Assembly (NCBI GenBank): GCA_964511345.1
Contig: CAZEEV010000002.1
Span: 136,863 to 200,862, forward strand
Direction of reading: 5' to 3'
Origin: an uncultured Pseudomonadales bacterium
Lineage (GTDB): Bacteria; Patescibacteriota; Microgenomatia; UBA1400; PJMF01
DNA length: 64,000 nucleotides
Shown here piece after piece: positions 18,758 through 27,977 of the stretch (the stretch's first letter is position 1; every line of letters begins with the position of its first letter). A program made the translations under genes and the position numbers. The notes beneath the pieces are model-generated. The model was not told where the DNA came from. It searched no databases and worked only from the letters and a program-made list of their open reading frames with translations.

Positions 18758-19808
18758 GATGTTTAAAAGTCTTTCAAAAAAAATTGTGATTGATTTGGGT
18801 TCGTCTAAGATCAGAATTGTGGTTCTCGAAGAATTGAAAAATGAGGTATGGGAATTATCGCCTCTGGATTTCAAATCCAAGGTCATAGAGGAGGATGCTT
18901 GTTTAGCACGCAGAAAAGATAACCATAAACTTTTAGCAATTGGCAACGAAGCTTTAGCGATGCGTGGACGTTTAGATAGTTTCGCAGAGATTATTTTCCC
19001 TTTTTCCCAGAGCAGAATTATTGATCATGAAGGAGCGGCAGTTCTAATGAAAGAACTTCTTAAAAGAGTTTTTAAAGGTTTTATTTTAAATCCGAGTGTT
19101 ATGGTTACCACGGTAGCCGGTGATACTACTTTTAATCGTAAATTAATTAGTCAATTTTTTTATGAATTAGGTTTTTCCAGAGTGGATCTAATTGCCAAGC
19201 CTTTGGCTTCTGCCATTGGCGCTGGTGTACCAGTGGCAGATTCTTCTGGAACTTTACTGTTACAAATGGGTGCGAGCGGCGTTTCTTTAAATATGATTGC
19301 TTTAGGTTCAATTTTGTTTACACAAAAGAGTGACTTTGGAGGCGATTTTTTAACTAGTAAAATTATTGATCATTTAGCTGATCGAGAAAATTTGGCAATT
19401 TCTCTAGAAAGTGCCGAAATGATTAAAAGACAAGTTTTTGCTCTAGTCGCAAACAGCCGCAGCTTGACCGTTACAGGTAAAACGATTAATGGTGCGAATC
19501 CTTTGGAATTAACGATTAAAAATATCGATCTAGAACCTCTAGCTGATTTATTTAAGGATGAGTATAAGTCATTAGTTGATGAGTTGTTTACAAAAATTCC
19601 TCCAGATTTGATGAACGATGTTTTGCAAAAAGGCTTACTGTTATCTGGAGGTTTTGCTCAATTAGCCGGATTAGAAGATTTCTTGAGTGCTCAATTGTCC
19701 TTGCCAGTGGCTTTATTAGACGAACCAAGCTTATTAGCTAGTATAGGGGCAACTATTATGATGAAAAATCTTGACTCATTTAGTAATAGCTTGGCTTTTG
19801 ATATTTAG
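18758..19808 (+). CDS. mreB: Divergent actin-like rod-shape protein MreB/Mbl. The track ORF starts at 18573, but that would overlap the upstream gene; the conserved core begins at about 18758.
   Basis: IDLGSSKIRI (phosphate-1-like), AGDTTFNRKLISQFF, LIAKPLASAIGAG, LLQMGASGVSLNMIALGSI and SGGFAQLAGLEDFL align with the MreB actin-fold motifs. Confidence 0.7.
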
Positions 19809-21158
19809 CCAATAAGCGCTTTGGCGGCACAATGTTTTATTGGCCAAATTTTCTTCCAACATCATTTGTTTAACTGCTTCTTCCAAGAAAATAGTATTTT
19901 GCGAGCCTTTAACTAAAATCAAATCGTCTGGATTTAAAACTCTAGCAATTGCTTCACCAGCTTCTATAGAATTTTGAAAAAAAGTAACGCGACCTGGTAA
20001 TTTTTTTTCTAGAATCGGCAAAGCATATTTTCTCATCTCTTGTCCAACTAGAAAAATTTGATCAAAAGTTTGAGCGGCAAGAGTAGCAACCTCCTCGTGC
20101 ATTAGTTGCGTACTCTGTCCTAGTTCACGCATGTCACCTAGTAGAGCTAATTTTTTACCCTGAGAGTTTGTTATTTTTGTTAGCAATTCAACCATATCTT
20201 TCATGGAAGAAGCGTTATAAGAGCTATCAATAATTATGCTTTGATTTTTACCTTTGATAGCGGATGCTCTGCCGTGGGGAATTTGCAAATCTTTTTCTAA
20301 AGCCGTTTTAATTTCAGTGATTTCTAGACCAGCTTTGATGCCAATTAAAATAGCTACAGCGAGACTATAGGCATAATGTTTGGGTAAAAGAAAATTGTTA
20401 ATATTAATTGTCAATCGCTGAGCTTTATTAAGTAATTTGCCGTAGTGATTTTGAATTTGGAAAGTAAAAATACTGCTGACCGCGGTTTTTTCAATTTTTA
20501 CCTGATGATCAAGAATCTGCAAATCACAAAGATTATTGCTACCAAAAGAGTAAATTTCAGCCTCAATGTTTTGGCAACTTTCTTTGACATTGACGTCATC
20601 GAAATTTAAAAAAGCTAAGCCGGTTTTTGGCAGAGATAAAATCAGTTTGGCTTTTTCTTGAGCAATAAGTTGGATAATTTCATCTTTACGTATGTCTGGT
20701 TCAGTTGTCGTGACCAGATGGTCGAAGGCGAAACTATGATTTAAATTGGCATTAAGAAAAACTGCCATTTTGGGTTGAACAATGCTTAGCAAAAATTCCA
20801 TATTTTTAGGTGGATTGGGGCTATCAATACCCATTTCAACGAGATAATAATCAAACTTTTTAAAGTAAGTGAGTAATCTAACTGGGGCTAATAGTAAAAC
20901 TCTCAACCAATCAAAAATTGAGTAATTTTTCATTTCTAACCCTAAAATATCTAAGGAAATACCCGATTCAGAGTTGGCTTTGAAGCTTGCTTTGACGCTA
21001 AATTTATTTTTTAAAACGCTGTAAATGGCATTGCGAGTACTACTTTTGCCAGCACTGCCAGTAATGCCAATAATCTTGCAGTTTTTGTTCTTTCTCAGCT
21101 GTAATTTAGCGAAAAAACGCAAGTAATAGAGCACTAATAGACCAATTTTTTGTTTCAT
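19776..21158 (-). CDS. murF: Mur ligase, MurF-like (UDP-MurNAc-tripeptide--D-Ala-D-Ala ligase). It lacks the usual N-terminal domain.
   Basis: P-loop IIGITGSAGKSST. IIDSSYNASSMKDMVELL (the MurF DDSYNANP-like motif). LGDMRELG motif. Confidence 0.7.
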   Translation of the reverse strand: MKQKIGLLVLYYLRFFAKLQLRKNKNCKIIGITGSAGKSSTRNAIYSVLKNKFSVKASFKANSESGISLDILGLEMKNYSIFDWLRVLLLAPVRLLTYFKKFDYYLVEMGIDSPNPPKNMEFLLSIVQPKMAVFLNANLNHSFAFDHLVTTTEPDIRKDEIIQLIAQEKAKLILSLPKTGLAFLNFDDVNVKESCQNIEAEIYSFGSNNLCDLQILDHQVKIEKTAVSSIFTFQIQNHYGKLLNKAQRLTININNFLLPKHYAYSLAVAILIGIKAGLEITEIKTALEKDLQIPHGRASAIKGKNQSIIIDSSYNASSMKDMVELLTKITNSQGKKLALLGDMRELGQSTQLMHEEVATLAAQTFDQIFLVGQEMRKYALPILEKKLPGRVTFFQNSIEAGEAIARVLNPDDLILVKGSQNTIFLEEAVKQMMLEENLANKTLCRQSAYWLNIKSQAITK

Positions 21159-23830
21159 TTAGCATTCCTTAAAACTATTTCTTTAAAAGCTTTGCCTCTT
21201 TCTTCATAATTAGCAAAATCGTTAAAACTAGCACTGGCCGGGCTAAGCAAAACTATGTCTCCAGGACGAGCTTGTTTTTTAGCTAATTCAGTAGCCTCCT
21301 TCAAAGTTGTGGCCTGATAATGATTGAGTTGGCCCTTTTGCAAAGTAAAATCGAGTAAACGTTGGCCAGTAGTTGGCATGACGATTAATGATTTGATTTT
21401 ATAATCAATAATAACTTGCGCTAACTCACTAAAATCTTGGTCTCTTTCGTAACCGCCAGCCAGTAAAATCACTGAACCCTTGGGGAAACTTTTAATGGCC
21501 ATAATGGCGGCGTGAGGGTTAACCGCAATTGAATCATCGTAATACTTAACTCGATCAATTTCTGCGACTAGTTCTAGACGATGTGCTAAGCCTTTGAAGT
21601 TTTTGATAGTTTCTCTAATTTGCTCGTTTGGTACATCGAATAACTTCGCCACTGCAATCGCTGGCATGACATTATATAGATTATGTTCGCCGAGCAGAGG
21701 AATCTCCTCAGTTTTGACGATGGCTTCATTTTGGTAGAAAATTTCTTGGTCTTTTTTATAAACCACAGCCTTTGAATTTTCCTTGAGACTGCAAATGATT
21801 TTACTAGCTGGACTTAATGCTGCCATTTTTTGGCTGCTTGGTAAGTCCGCATCAAAAATTAAGTAATCTTGCTCTTTTTGATAACGAGCAATGGCGGTTT
21901 TAGCAGCAAAATATTCTTCAAAATTTTGGTAATAATCTAAATGCTCTGACTTAATTTCTAAAACAACAGCGACTGACGGGCTATCTTTTAATTCTGCCAA
22001 TTGATGACAAGAAAGCTCGTCGACGACTAAAGTTTCTTGATTGATTTTGCTTAGTTGATTGAGAGGGGCTTCGCCAATATTGCCCAGTAAAACAGTATTT
22101 GGGTGGGTAGAGTGCAAAATTTCATAAATTAATTTGCTAGTGGTACTTTTACCTTTAGTGCCGGTGATGCCAATGATTTTTCCTTCACACAAGGTGAAAA
22201 AAATTTGTGTATTGGATAGAACTTCACTGCCTTTGGCGATAGCGCTTTGAATTTCTGGGGTACTTAGAGGAATACCAGCAGTTTTGATAATGATTTGGTA
22301 GTTTTCTAGCTGACTTAAATATCTTTCGCCAAAATGAGCAGTAATGTTGCGACTATTTTCTATTTTGACTTCATTTTTGTCAGCGATGGCAAATTTCTTA
22401 TCTGGAAAATGACTTTGCAAAAAGTTTAGGGTAGAGAGTCCTTCGCGACCCATACCTAAAATGAGGATTGATTTATTGGCCAATTTTTCCATCAGTTCAA
22501 ATTTCTCAATTCTCTTTTTGATGGTTTGCAAAAACGGGGCAGGATTTTCGCTTTTATCGTAAGCCAAAAGTAAAGCTGCGCGTACTTCTTCAAAAGTGCC
22601 GACGCATTCGAAAGGTTTTTTGTCACCAAAACCTGCCAAATCTAAGAAAGTTTGTTGCAAAGATTCTTTAGCAAAGAGGTTTTCAGTAAAAATTTTATTT
22701 GAGACGAATTCTTCGTCTAAATAAGCCGAAAGCATGGTAAAAACAAAAGCGCACTTGGGGCAATTGTGGCACCAACTATCATTTTTTTGACCGACATTAC
22801 AACTCTTAAAAGTGGTCAAAATTTTTGCAAATCGCTGATCTTTCTCCGCCAAATTACATAATTTTTTGGTGATTTCTAATTCTGAAAGTGAACGCAATAA
22901 AGAAAGGTATTGAGGAGGATTTACAATGATGAACAAATTTTCGCGACTATATTTAGCGAATTTTTTTTCAAAATCTAAACTTTTAGAGTATTGATGATTG
23001 ATTTTGTGACCTAAATACAGCAAATTTTCTTCTTCACTTGATGCTTCATTACCCAGCAAGATATTTTCTTGACCATATAAATAGGCGACAACTGAACTGG
23101 CAAAAGCTAAATAAGCACTGAAAGGAGTATGACCGTTGAGATAACCTTGATGATTAAGAGTGAGTAAAAGTGGGTCAATAACGCGCTGCACTTCTATAAT
23201 CTTTTGACAAAGGCCTTTTTCTTGCAGTAAGAGAGCTATTTTTTTAGCTGATGGTGAATGAGGGGCAAGTAAAAAAATGTCGTAAGGTAATTTTTTCTCC
23301 TCAAGTATACCCAAAACAGTGGAAGAATCTTTTCCTCCGCCAACTGGCACCAAAATAGGATTGCTTTTAATGGGCTGAAATTTTTTTACTTGTGAGCCGA
23401 CAGCGTTTTTTGTTTCCTCTAATTCGATTTGAATAAAATCAGGATCAGTAAAATTAATCTGGTTTTGGTAATAAAACTCACCTAGACCACGAATTAGCAA
23501 ATCATGCCAAAAATTTTTAGCTTGTTCGCCAATTTGGCCTTGGTGTTTAATGATAATTTTTGGTGGGCAGGCTGCTTTGAAATAACTAGGGATTTCTGCT
23601 AGTCCCAAATGAAAAAAAAGCTTATCTAATTGAGGATCGAGATTTGTCCTATCAGTAATTTGCTCGAGAATTTTTTCATCAAAATTTTTAAATCTTAATT
23701 TTGGTTGAAAATTAATATTTGGTTCTAAGAGAAAATGAAAATTTAGCAGTAAATCGTTGCCTTCTTTGACTAAATCATAGCCTTCATAAATCAGGCGAGG
23801 ATGGGCGAGGCGCAAATTTTTGAGATCCAT
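21155..23830 (-). CDS. murD: Fusion protein. An N-terminal domain of about 450 aa with unknown function carries a PP-loop-like VGGGKDSS motif and a CxxCPKC cluster. The C-terminal half is MurD (UDP-MurNAc-L-Ala--Glu ligase).
   Basis: The C-terminal half has ILGMGREGLS (Rossmann), GITGTKGKSTTS (P-loop) and the Mur ligase C-terminal domain. The N-terminal half has PVGGGKDSSTVLGIL and C..CHNCPKC. Single 891-aa ORF that overlaps murF by 4 bp (ATGA). Confidence 0.75.
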   Translation of the reverse strand: MDLKNLRLAHPRLIYEGYDLVKEGNDLLLNFHFLLEPNINFQPKLRFKNFDEKILEQITDRTNLDPQLDKLFFHLGLAEIPSYFKAACPPKIIIKHQGQIGEQAKNFWHDLLIRGLGEFYYQNQINFTDPDFIQIELEETKNAVGSQVKKFQPIKSNPILVPVGGGKDSSTVLGILEEKKLPYDIFLLAPHSPSAKKIALLLQEKGLCQKIIEVQRVIDPLLLTLNHQGYLNGHTPFSAYLAFASSVVAYLYGQENILLGNEASSEEENLLYLGHKINHQYSKSLDFEKKFAKYSRENLFIIVNPPQYLSLLRSLSELEITKKLCNLAEKDQRFAKILTTFKSCNVGQKNDSWCHNCPKCAFVFTMLSAYLDEEFVSNKIFTENLFAKESLQQTFLDLAGFGDKKPFECVGTFEEVRAALLLAYDKSENPAPFLQTIKKRIEKFELMEKLANKSILILGMGREGLSTLNFLQSHFPDKKFAIADKNEVKIENSRNITAHFGERYLSQLENYQIIIKTAGIPLSTPEIQSAIAKGSEVLSNTQIFFTLCEGKIIGITGTKGKSTTSKLIYEILHSTHPNTVLLGNIGEAPLNQLSKINQETLVVDELSCHQLAELKDSPSVAVVLEIKSEHLDYYQNFEEYFAAKTAIARYQKEQDYLIFDADLPSSQKMAALSPASKIICSLKENSKAVVYKKDQEIFYQNEAIVKTEEIPLLGEHNLYNVMPAIAVAKLFDVPNEQIRETIKNFKGLAHRLELVAEIDRVKYYDDSIAVNPHAAIMAIKSFPKGSVILLAGGYERDQDFSELAQVIIDYKIKSLIVMPTTGQRLLDFTLQKGQLNHYQATTLKEATELAKKQARPGDIVLLSPASASFNDFANYEERGKAFKEIVLRNAK

Positions 23831-23867
23831 AGATTCATTATAACTTGAAAGCTGGTAAAATCGAATT

Positions 23868-24674
23868 ATGCAAACTAGTCAGCTTTTTGGCTTCAATATC
23901 TTTAATTCTTCAAAAAAAGCACTTTTAGCAGAGTTTGATGATCTTCTAGTTGCTCGCAGATTACCAAAAACACAAGTTGTTTTTACTCCTAATCCAGAAC
24001 AAATTGTCATGGCTAAACACAATCAATCTTTTGCAGAGAATTTGCAAAAAGCGGATTGGTTATTACCAGATGGTATTGGTTTGATTTGGGCTGCTGCTTT
24101 ATTAAAATTTTTTGGTAAAGCTCCACATAAAATCCGAGAAAGAATTGCTGGAGTAGAAGTAGTGGAGTATTTACTGCAAAAGAATCTTAAAACTTTAATT
24201 ATTGGTGGCCGTGATTATGTTGGTTCTTTTGAAGGTGTCCTCACGAGGACTAACCGGGCCTCGCTCGGTGGCGAAGCTTTTGAAGATCTTAAAAGTCTCA
24301 AAAAAATCCGAAATAACTTATATTGGACTGAAGGCTATCAAGAAAAAACAGATATTTTGCCAGTTGAAGAAGAAGCTTTGGATAAAATTATCACTGAACT
24401 TAAACCAGATTTGGTTTTTGTAGCTTTAGGTGCACCTGATCAGGAAAGATGGATTTTAGAGCACTATGATTTGTTGCAAAAAAATCAAGTCAAAATTGCC
24501 ATGGCAGTGGGTGGATCTTTTGACTTTTTGTTCTTCAAGGTAGCTAGAGCACCGCAATCATGGCAAAAAATTGGCTTGGAATGGCTATGGCGCTTAATGA
24601 AGCAACCATGGCGAGGTAAAAGACAACTTAAACTAATCGAGTTTATTTATTTGCTGATTAGAGAAATTATTTAA
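23868..24674 (+). CDS. WecB/TagA/CpsF-family glycosyltransferase
   Basis: LPDGIGLIWAA and the C-terminal EWLWRLMKQPWR motif are typical of the TagA/WecG family. Confidence 0.75.
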   Translation: MQTSQLFGFNIFNSSKKALLAEFDDLLVARRLPKTQVVFTPNPEQIVMAKHNQSFAENLQKADWLLPDGIGLIWAAALLKFFGKAPHKIRERIAGVEVVEYLLQKNLKTLIIGGRDYVGSFEGVLTRTNRASLGGEAFEDLKSLKKIRNNLYWTEGYQEKTDILPVEEEALDKIITELKPDLVFVALGAPDQERWILEHYDLLQKNQVKIAMAVGGSFDFLFFKVARAPQSWQKIGLEWLWRLMKQPWRGKRQLKLIEFIYLLIREII

Positions 24675-24947
24675 TTACTCTTCCTCTATACCATTAGGAT
24701 TAACGCCTAGGAGCCAAAGGACGGCTTCTTTTTTGTAACGTCTATCACCTCTAGAGTTGATGCGAATGGCTGGCAATTTGCCTCTTTTACCCCAACGCTT
24801 GATAGTGAGTGGAGAAACACGCAATAAATCAGCAACTTCACGAACAGTCAATAAATCTGGCAAATTCTTGATATCTAACTTATTGGCATCATCAGCTCGG
24901 CCAGTTTTTTTCTCGTCCTGTGTGATTATGTCGAGATTGTCGTTCAT
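24675..24947 (-). CDS. Excisionase/MerR-type helix-turn-helix DNA-binding protein
   Basis: LLTVREVADLLRVSPLTIKRWGKRGKLPAIRI is a canonical HTH_17/excisionase-family motif. 90 aa. Confidence 0.7.
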   Translation of the reverse strand: MNDNLDIITQDEKKTGRADDANKLDIKNLPDLLTVREVADLLRVSPLTIKRWGKRGKLPAIRINSRGDRRYKKEAVLWLLGVNPNGIEEE

Positions 24948-25272
24948 TTTTCCTTTCGCTTAGGCTTTTTTTGCCTTTTTTAATTAAAGTAATGTCCCAT
25001 AACTTTTGGACTATCGCGGTGAAGAGTGATTCTTTTTAGATCAAAGTATGATTTCGATCTATATCTAACAGTAACAGATTGAGACTCTATGGGTCAAGAG
25101 GGAAAATTGTCATTTTTAGCAATTGAGTTTTACCGTTTTTTACACAAAACTGTCCTATAATTTTTTGGAAACTCAGAAAAAGGCGAAACTTGTATCCTAT
25201 AACTTTTTAAGTTGTGGAATTGTGCAAAAAAACAATAAAATTAGTGACAAAGAATTGGCGTTAAATAATCAA

Positions 25273-25947
25273 TTAACGTGAAGAGTTGGGTACTTTTAAC
25301 CAAGCTTTAGGTCGGAAAAGTCTACTTTTGAGGATTTGTAACCAGAGTGGAAGAGGCAAGCTGGTGAAATCTTGTTGAATTTTAGCTTCTATTTTCTGCC
25401 AATCAAAAGTTGGTTTAAAAGAAGAAATCTGACTGAAATGAGTTTTGAATTTCATTCTAGGAAAATGCCATCTGGTAATACTAGTTAAATATAGGGAATT
25501 TTGCAGTAAAATTTTTTTCACTCCGTTTCTAACTCGTTGTCCAAATAAAACCGTGCTCCCGTAAGGTGCAATAATTACTACCTCTCCAGGTTTTTGGCAA
25601 GAAGTTACTGCTTTTCGAATAAATTTCTTGTTGGCTTTACGACGAGTTTCCATATCAAGCTCTTTGGGATAAAAAGAACAAAAGAATTTGAGTGCTAAAT
25701 CCTTAGGAGCCAATTCTTCTTTGCGATAAACTGGCAAAAAATTAATTTTATAGGTGCGGCCAAACCAATTTACTACCTGTTTCATGATGGGAATATGAAA
25801 AGCATAACCAACAATGGCCATATTAATTTTGACCTGAAAATTTTTATGCAAATGTCTAGCAGTGAGTAAAATATCGAGAGGGTGTACGTGAGCATCAAGG
25901 ACTACTAATCCAGACTTTTTAAGTTTTTTTTCGATAATATTTAACAC
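25273..25947 (-). CDS. Hypothetical protein, possibly a PlsC-like acyltransferase.
   Basis: HVHPLD fits the acyltransferase HX4D motif I, and IIAPYGSTV is a weak motif III. Low sequence complexity elsewhere. Confidence 0.35.
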   Translation of the reverse strand: MLNIIEKKLKKSGLVVLDAHVHPLDILLTARHLHKNFQVKINMAIVGYAFHIPIMKQVVNWFGRTYKINFLPVYRKEELAPKDLALKFFCSFYPKELDMETRRKANKKFIRKAVTSCQKPGEVVIIAPYGSTVLFGQRVRNGVKKILLQNSLYLTSITRWHFPRMKFKTHFSQISSFKPTFDWQKIEAKIQQDFTSLPLPLWLQILKSRLFRPKAWLKVPNSSR

Positions 25948-25973
25948 AAGGAAGTCGATTATAACTAAAAAAA

Positions 25974-25997
25974 CCCGCGTATGAAACGCGGGTTTTT
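25974..25997. terminator. Bidirectional rho-independent terminator after rplL.
   Basis: CCCGCG-tatgaaa-CGCGGG, with an A-run upstream and a T-run downstream. Confidence 0.8.
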
Positions 25998-26042
25998 AAA
26001 TTTGCTTTTTTTAAAAGAATTAAAAATTATTTCAAGAAATTC

Positions 26043-26444
26043 TTATTTTAATTCAACGACGCAACCAGCTTCTTCCAAAGCTTTTTTGGCGGCTTCAGCA
26101 TCTTCCTTCTTGGCACCTTCTAAGACTGGCTTAGGAGCTGATTCGACGAAAGTTTTGGCATCACCTAAACCTAATTCAGGTTTGAGGGTACGCACGGCTT
26201 TGATAGCAGCAATTTTGTTGCTACCAGCTTCTTTGAGGATGACGTCAAATTCATCTTTTTCCTCAACAGGAGCAGCACCAGCGGCACCAGCAGGCATAGC
26301 ACCCATCATCATAGGAGCGGCTGCGGTTACACCGAAGGTTTCTTCCAAAGCACTGACGAGTTCGGAAACTTCCATTAAGGATAATTCCTTGACTGTGTCA
26401 ACGACTTTTTGGACTTTTTCTGAGAGTTGTTTCTCATCTGCCAT
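26043..26444 (-). CDS. rplL: 50S ribosomal protein L7/L12
   Basis: N-terminal dimerisation region, an Ala/Gly-rich hinge, and a C-terminal EAGCVVELK-type domain. Confidence 0.9.
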   Translation of the reverse strand: MADEKQLSEKVQKVVDTVKELSLMEVSELVSALEETFGVTAAAPMMMGAMPAGAAGAAPVEEKDEFDVILKEAGSNKIAAIKAVRTLKPELGLGDAKTFVESAPKPVLEGAKKEDAEAAKKALEEAGCVVELK

Positions 26445-26495
26445 ATATTTGTTCCTTTCTTATTACTTTATTATTAACTTCTAATCTAATTAATA

Positions 26496-27011
26496 TTATT
26501 TTTTGTCGGCAATTGCTTTCATGACGTAAACTAAATTACGAGCGTTGGCTTGAAGAACATTAACCAAGCCTTGACCTGGAGATTTAAGTCTCTGAATTAA
26601 CATGACAATTAACTCGTTCTTGCTTGGCAATTTGCTCAAAGCGTTGACTTCGCTAACAGAGAGGACTTTGTCATCCATGAAACCTTGTTTAATTTCAAGT
26701 AAATCAGTATCTTCATGAAATTTGACTAAGGCTTTGATTGCGGAAACTGGGTCGTTATAAGAGAAAACGGCAGCGCTCATGCCTTGCAATGATTCAGTTA
26801 ATTTGCCTTTACCAACAGCAATGTCGATTAAGGTGTTTTTGGTGACAAACATTTCGCCACCAGCTTCAACTAAAGCAGCACGGAGATCGGTGAGAGCTTT
26901 AACATTGGCTCCAGCATAGTCAATAACGACCATAGAAGCGGCTTTATTCAATTTTTCTTGAATAATTTTGATTTGATCTTGATTATGTTGATTTGGCATA
27001 AAATCTTTCAA
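26496..27011 (-). CDS. rplJ: 50S ribosomal protein L10
   Basis: 171 aa. It lies immediately upstream of rplL and has L10-like sequence. Confidence 0.8.
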   Translation of the reverse strand: MKDFMPNQHNQDQIKIIQEKLNKAASMVVIDYAGANVKALTDLRAALVEAGGEMFVTKNTLIDIAVGKGKLTESLQGMSAAVFSYNDPVSAIKALVKFHEDTDLLEIKQGFMDDKVLSVSEVNALSKLPSKNELIVMLIQRLKSPGQGLVNVLQANARNLVYVMKAIADKK

Positions 27012-27241
27012 AAAACTATTTTTCTAATTTCATTTTATTTGTGCCAAAAAAGTGTGGGGAAAAAGCAAAAGGGGAGAAAATAACAAAAAAAGCTATTTTT
27101 CCTCGGTGCGATTATTAACTTCTGCTGGTGATTACCTAGGCGAGAAGCCACACTGTCTTTGGAACAAGAGGCAATTATATCTTACTTTTGGTTTTTTGAA
27201 AAGAGTTTGATCGCGTTTGCAATTACATTGTATTTGGTTAT

Positions 27242-27904
27242 TTATTGTTTACTGTCTAACACGATGCAATCATAAACTTCAGATAAACTATTTAAAACGC
27301 GATTAGCTAGAGCAAAGCTTTGGCCGATAGTTTCTTGACTAGGTATGGCATAACGCAGCATTTCTGCATTTTTGGCAGCCTCAATACCACTTGTAGCATC
27401 TTCTAGAACTAGGCATACTTGTGGAGTGAGATTCATCCTTTTGGCTGCTAGCAAAAAGACATCTGGAGCTGGTTTTCCTTGTTTAACCTCTTCGGAAGAG
27501 CAAAGAGTTTCAAATAGATTCTCTATTCTTAAAGCTTTGACTATGATTTTTATTTCATGTAATGCTGAACCAGAAGCAACGGCTAGTTTGTAATGATTTG
27601 TTTGTAATTTGTTGAGTAGATCTATTAATCCAGGTTTTGGTTTAACCTCTTTTTCCATGATTTGAAGATAAGCATTTTGTTTTTGCTCCATTAATTCTTG
27701 TGAGCTAATAGGTAAATTTAATCGTGCCACTAGATCTTTGCAGCAGGCAACATCACCTAATCCGACATATCTAGCATTGTTTTCTTCTTGAGTTAATTTA
27801 TAGCCAAAATTATTCAAAACTTGATTGAAAGCAAAACAGTGTAGTGGTTCACTGTCAATCATTAACCCATCCATATCAAAAATAACTGCTTCAATTTTTT
27901 TCAT
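27242..27904 (-). CDS. HAD-superfamily hydrolase (beta-phosphoglucomutase-like)
   Basis: N-terminal FDMDGLMIDSE (the DxDG motif I of HAD hydrolases). Confidence 0.8.
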   Translation of the reverse strand: MKKIEAVIFDMDGLMIDSEPLHCFAFNQVLNNFGYKLTQEENNARYVGLGDVACCKDLVARLNLPISSQELMEQKQNAYLQIMEKEVKPKPGLIDLLNKLQTNHYKLAVASGSALHEIKIIVKALRIENLFETLCSSEEVKQGKPAPDVFLLAAKRMNLTPQVCLVLEDATSGIEAAKNAEMLRYAIPSQETIGQSFALANRVLNSLSEVYDCIVLDSKQ

Positions 27905-27977
27905 ACCTGGTTACTTTTTAGTATATCAGACAACTGCCAGCTTTTATTTTTGCCGCTGATTGCTAGAATGTTTTTAG

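Noticed and set aside
25981-26484. Track ORF 25981..26484 (+), 167 aa
   Set aside because: It is antisense to rplL (26043-26444, whose L7/L12 identity is clear), and its Ala/Ser-rich translation is a mirror-frame artefact.
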